Virus record (IMG/VR): IMGVR_UViG_3300029305_007310
Location: 54,256-74,255 of that record
Origin: an uncultured virus (IMG/VR IMGVR_UViG_3300029305_007310)
Lineage: Duplodnaviria; Heunggongvirae; Uroviricota; Caudoviricetes
Length of the DNA stretch: 20,000 nt
Reading direction: 5' to 3' (one strand)
Shown: in pieces, positions 17,067-20,000 of the stretch
Numbering within the stretch: position 1 is the stretch's first letter
Layout of the letters: every line of letters starts with the position of its first letter
The notes under the pieces: generated by a model
What the model was told of the DNA's origin: nothing
Seen by the model: only the letters and a program-made list of their open reading frames with translations
The model's database searches: none
Made by a program: the position numbers and the translations under genes

Positions 17067-17216
17067 GGTTGGTCATCTCCTTATTTTTATTTTGAGTGCT
17101 GGCTAACCAATCAATGTGACCACATCCTTATTAGTTATTTTATAATCTTTTTGAGTAGGTACAAAACAAGATAGATACTTGGATTCTCAAGTATCCTTCA
17201 TTGTTTCGTTGAACTT

Positions 17217-17245
17217 ATTATACCACTAATACGGAACAAGTGCTA
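17217..17245 (-). promoter_or_regulatory. Extended -10 sigmaA-type promoter for the thyX-nrdD operon
   Basis: TGgTATAAT on the minus strand (17225-17217), with a weak -35 (TAGCAC) at 17-nt spacing. Confidence 0.5.
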
Positions 17246-17315
17246 TAGATAATATGGTATTATTTTTAGTAATATGACACATGTATAGGCACGATAAATC
17301 GCAATAAATTGCAAC

Positions 17316-18626
17316 TTAATAATACCCATAAAAATCATAAATGAAACCAGTTGAGAAGTGTGTTTTGCGCCTCAGCTGATAACATATATTGCCCATGCAC
17401 ATGCAAAGCGCCTGTTTGCCGCAGGAATGACATTTTTGAAAACAATGGTCGAGATGAAAGGCGATTCTCGGCAAAAGGCCCATATCCTCCAGCAGTGTGA
17501 ACAGCGGAAAAAAGATCGCCATTGGGGGCAGCATGACGGAAACAACCCAGGAAGTAACGCGGTAGATTCCATTGATAAGCAGATCCGTCAGCCATACCGG
17601 AGAAGAAATGCTTTGAAGAGAGGTTTGCAGGAGACTGCCAAGTCGGTTCAGCTGTTCGCTGAGCCATGCAGAAGGGACATTGGCGCCTTGAATGGTCAGG
17701 AAGAGAATGCCGCCAAGCAGTGCAATGCCTGTAAAAAGTGCAAACCACCTGCGGCAAAGAAGAGTGTCAAATACCAAGGATCCTTTTGCTTTTATGCGCC
17801 TTTCAGAAACTGCTGTCTGACAGAGCACTCGCGCCTGACGGTAGCTTTCGGCAATCAGCAAAGGCGCTATGCGTTCTTTCGGATATCCTGCTTTGAGCAA
17901 ATCCTTCTGGATGTTCTGAATCATTTGACAGATATGTGCATCCGGCTTCGAATGTGCAGTCAGCTTATCAATATAGGAAGCATCCGCAATCAAGGCACGC
18001 AAGGCAGCAAGGCGGCCGCTTCCGGAATGGACAACTTTTGGCGCAGAATGATTCAAACCGTTCATAAGGCTCTGAACAGCCTGTTCCATTTCCTGCGGAT
18101 ATACAAGCAAATCCTCGCGGCATTGTGCCGTAGAACAGGCCGTTTCGGCTGTTCGTTTCAGCAGTATGTCAAGACCGCATTTGCTGCGTGCACATATGCC
18201 AATCACGGGAATCTGCAAAAGCGCTTCCAACTTTTCGCAGTCAATGGATACACCGGCTTTCTGCGCCTCATCCATCATATTGATGCAAAGCACGGTGCGC
18301 GGACAGTTTTGAGCGATTTGCAAAGCGAGGTTCAGATTTCTTTCCAGCGACAGCGCATCGCAGACCACAATCACGGCGTCCGGATGCTCAAAGGTTAGAT
18401 AGTCGCTTGCCACAATTTCTTCCGCCGATCCGTTCAAAAGGGAATATGCACCGGGAAGATCGATCACTTCCCAGCGGATGTCTTTTGTCATCACACTTCC
18501 GCGCGCAACCTCCACCGTTTTTCCGGCCCAGTTCCCGGTATGCTGCTTTAAACCGGTTAATGCATTGAATACTGTGCTTTTGCCGACGTTTGGATTCCCG
18601 CACAAAGCAATTTTCAATGTTTTCAT
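17316..18626 (-). pseudogene. feoB: Ferrous iron transporter B, 5' part (412 codons) interrupted by the prophage, plus a 24-aa read-through tail
   Basis: G1 GNPNVGKST, HTGNWAGKTVE, DLPG, NMMD and VSVMLPPMAIFFPLFTLLED...RIAF. The expected FGC continuation and C-terminal membrane domain are absent. Confidence 0.9.
17380..17400. other. Prophage attachment junction (attL/attR) inside feoB
   Basis: FeoB homology stops after ...GKQALCMCMG (codon GGC at 17393-17391) and AT-rich unrelated sequence follows. Confidence 0.75.
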
Positions 18627-18880
18627 GCTTCACCTCCGCTTGCGATACATTCCACTTGGGAAGCATCCGCCTGCCTCAAAGCGATGATGGTCTGCTTGAT
18701 TCGGTAGGCTCTTGGATCGCCAAAAACAGATGAAAACAGACAAGCAACAGAGGAGCCAGGCGTAAAACCAAGGTCGCAAAGCCTTTCGTGCATCGGCCCG
18801 GAACCGTTTATCCGGTGAATGGTCGCACTTTTACCACTTGGAAGATGTGACAAAGGGATCGTTTGCTGCATTGTATGCAC
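18623..18880 (-). CDS. feoA: Ferrous iron transport protein A
   Basis: RLCDLGFTPG...GDPRAY...IALR. Overlaps the feoB start. Start is GTG 18880 or ATG 18871. Confidence 0.92.
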   Translation of the reverse strand: MHTMQQTIPLSHLPSGKSATIHRINGSGPMHERLCDLGFTPGSSVACLFSSVFGDPRAYRIKQTIIALRQADASQVECIASGGEA

Positions 18881-18951
18881 CGCCTTCCTGAGATCGGGAA
18901 AAACAGCCCGTTTTCAGCATATCGGAATACAAGGAGCTTGTGCCTGTCAGC

Positions 18952-18980
18952 TTGTCATTTTTTTGAATTCATGTTACGAT
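18952..18980 (+). promoter_or_regulatory. SigmaA-type promoter for the SpoIID-domain gene
   Basis: TTGTCA-17 nt-TACGAT with a TG extension. Confidence 0.55.
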
Positions 18981-19064
18981 ACGGCTGCAAAACGGATAAA
19001 TGCAATTTTACAGGCGGCTGATTCGTATCTTTCATGGAATGGATCGATCACAAGGAGGCATTGG

Positions 19065-20000
19065 ATGCTGGCATATTCAACATGGAAAAAAGGATTGCTG
19101 ATATTCATGACGGCTGCGCTTCTGATGGGAACGGTTTCTTTGGGCGCGCAGGCTGAAGATGTGCCGTACGCTCCCGCTCGCAGTCAGCTGGTGCGTGTTT
19201 TGCTAAGCCGCCTCAATCTGACCGACAGGATGGATGTAACGTTAAGCACGGATTATCTGCTGAAGACGGAAGACGGAAGCCAAATCCATTTCCGCGAAGG
19301 AAGCGAACTGGCGTTTTTGCTGCGTGACGGGGCCATTTATCTATATTACGAAGACATGGTGCTGGAAGCGGGCGGACGGCTCACACTCGAAAGGACCGCA
19401 GAAACGGGTGGTTTTTATCTGACCCATTTTCCGGCACTGTACTTGGGAAATCTGGAACTTCGTATCGAAAACGGTGTTCTCAGACCAGTTCTGACCATCC
19501 ATGTGGAGGATTATCTGCTGGGTGTTGTGCCTTATGAAATGGGCGAGGGTTTCCCGGCAGAAGCATTGAAGGCACAAGCCATCACAGCCCGTACCTACGC
19601 GCTGCGAAGCCAGGATCCGGATGCCCCTTATGATGTGGTGGATACCACCAACGATCAGGTGTTTAAAGGCTACATGCCCGGCAATCCACAAAGCGAACAG
19701 GCTGTGAGAGAGACGCGCGGAATCTGCGGTTTTTACAAAGGTCGCCTTGCCCTGTGCTACTATTCGGCCAGCAATGGCGGGCAGACGGAGCTTGTGGAGA
19801 CGGTGTGGCCCACGGAAGCGGATTATGGTTACTACACGTTTGGGGAAGACCCGTACGATGTGGAAAATCCGCTGAGCACGGTGCGAACGTTTGAATTGGA
19901 AAAACAGCCGAAACTGGAAGATCATCAGGCTTTTGGGAGGCTGATTGCGCAGCAGCTTGAAGGCACATTGAAGGAGCGCGGATGGGATACAGAGCCCGAA
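19065..20000 (+). CDS. Secreted SpoIID/LytB-domain protein (3'-partial, host gene)
   Basis: RBS aaggagg, signal peptide ending AQA, and VEDYLLGVVPYEM...EALKAQAITARTYA...DTTNDQVF...YSASNGGQTE motifs. Runs off the window, so absent from the ORF track. Confidence 0.9.
   Translation, partial: MLAYSTWKKGLLIFMTAALLMGTVSLGAQAEDVPYAPARSQLVRVLLSRLNLTDRMDVTLSTDYLLKTEDGSQIHFREGSELAFLLRDGAIYLYYEDMVLEAGGRLTLERTAETGGFYLTHFPALYLGNLELRIENGVLRPVLTIHVEDYLLGVVPYEMGEGFPAEALKAQAITARTYALRSQDPDAPYDVVDTTNDQVFKGYMPGNPQSEQAVRETRGICGFYKGRLALCYYSASNGGQTELVETVWPTEADYGYYTFGEDPYDVENPLSTVRTFELEKQPKLEDHQAFGRLIAQQLEGTLKERGWDTEPE

Larger units (their letters stand above)
1..17390. mobile_element. Prophage (right-hand part of a large SPbeta-like temperate phage)
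   Basis: Tail, lysis and nucleotide-metabolism modules. Phage-type DNA ends abruptly where feoB homology begins, with a shift to more GC-rich host DNA above ~17390. No integrase in this window. Confidence 0.9.

Noticed and set aside
17240..17300. Fur box or NrdR box upstream of the phage operon
   Set aside because: Only loose AT-rich resemblance. Spacing does not match either consensus.
17358..18398. 346-aa plus-strand ORF near the att site (possible integrase?)
   Set aside because: Antisense to feoB, with no serine or tyrosine recombinase motifs.
19341..19968. Minus-strand ORFs of 194 and 101 aa
   Set aside because: Antisense to the SpoIID-domain gene, which has clear motifs, an RBS and a signal peptide.
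1..20000. tRNA, rRNA or CRISPR arrays
   Set aside because: No cloverleaf-like sequence or regularly spaced repeats seen. Intergenic gaps are short and explained by terminators or promoters.

Overview
Right-hand end of a large, SPbeta-like temperate phage of a spore-forming clostridial (Bacillota) host, plus the host junction. 1-9588 (+): virion and lysis module. It has three consecutive tail-fibre-like proteins with an Mtd_N-like N-terminus, two metallophosphoesterases, an NlpC/P60-SH3 endolysin and several holin-like membrane proteins. 9685-17066 (-): convergent nucleotide-metabolism operon with thyX, a DUF3310 protein, nrdD, nrdG, a ferredoxin:thioredoxin-reductase-like mini-protein, dUTPase and a RelA/SpoT-type HD hydrolase. 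nrdD is split by an 858-nt group I intron carrying an HNH homing endonuclease. At about 17390/17391 the phage DNA joins host DNA inside feoB, which is cut in its conserved MG|FGC motif. Host feoA and a SpoIID-domain gene follow. Most novel-looking signals: (1) an unannotated 27-codon leader ORF with an RAPP ribosome-arrest motif, followed by a hairpin that sequesters the nrdD SD and AUG; (2) prophage interruption of a possibly sporulation-expressed feoAB; (3) an FTR-like protein that keeps the four Fe-S cysteines but has lost both catalytic cysteines; (4) tail-associated phosphoesterases sharing a C-terminal module with a neighbouring fibre protein. All family assignments come from motif recognition by eye; no searches were run.
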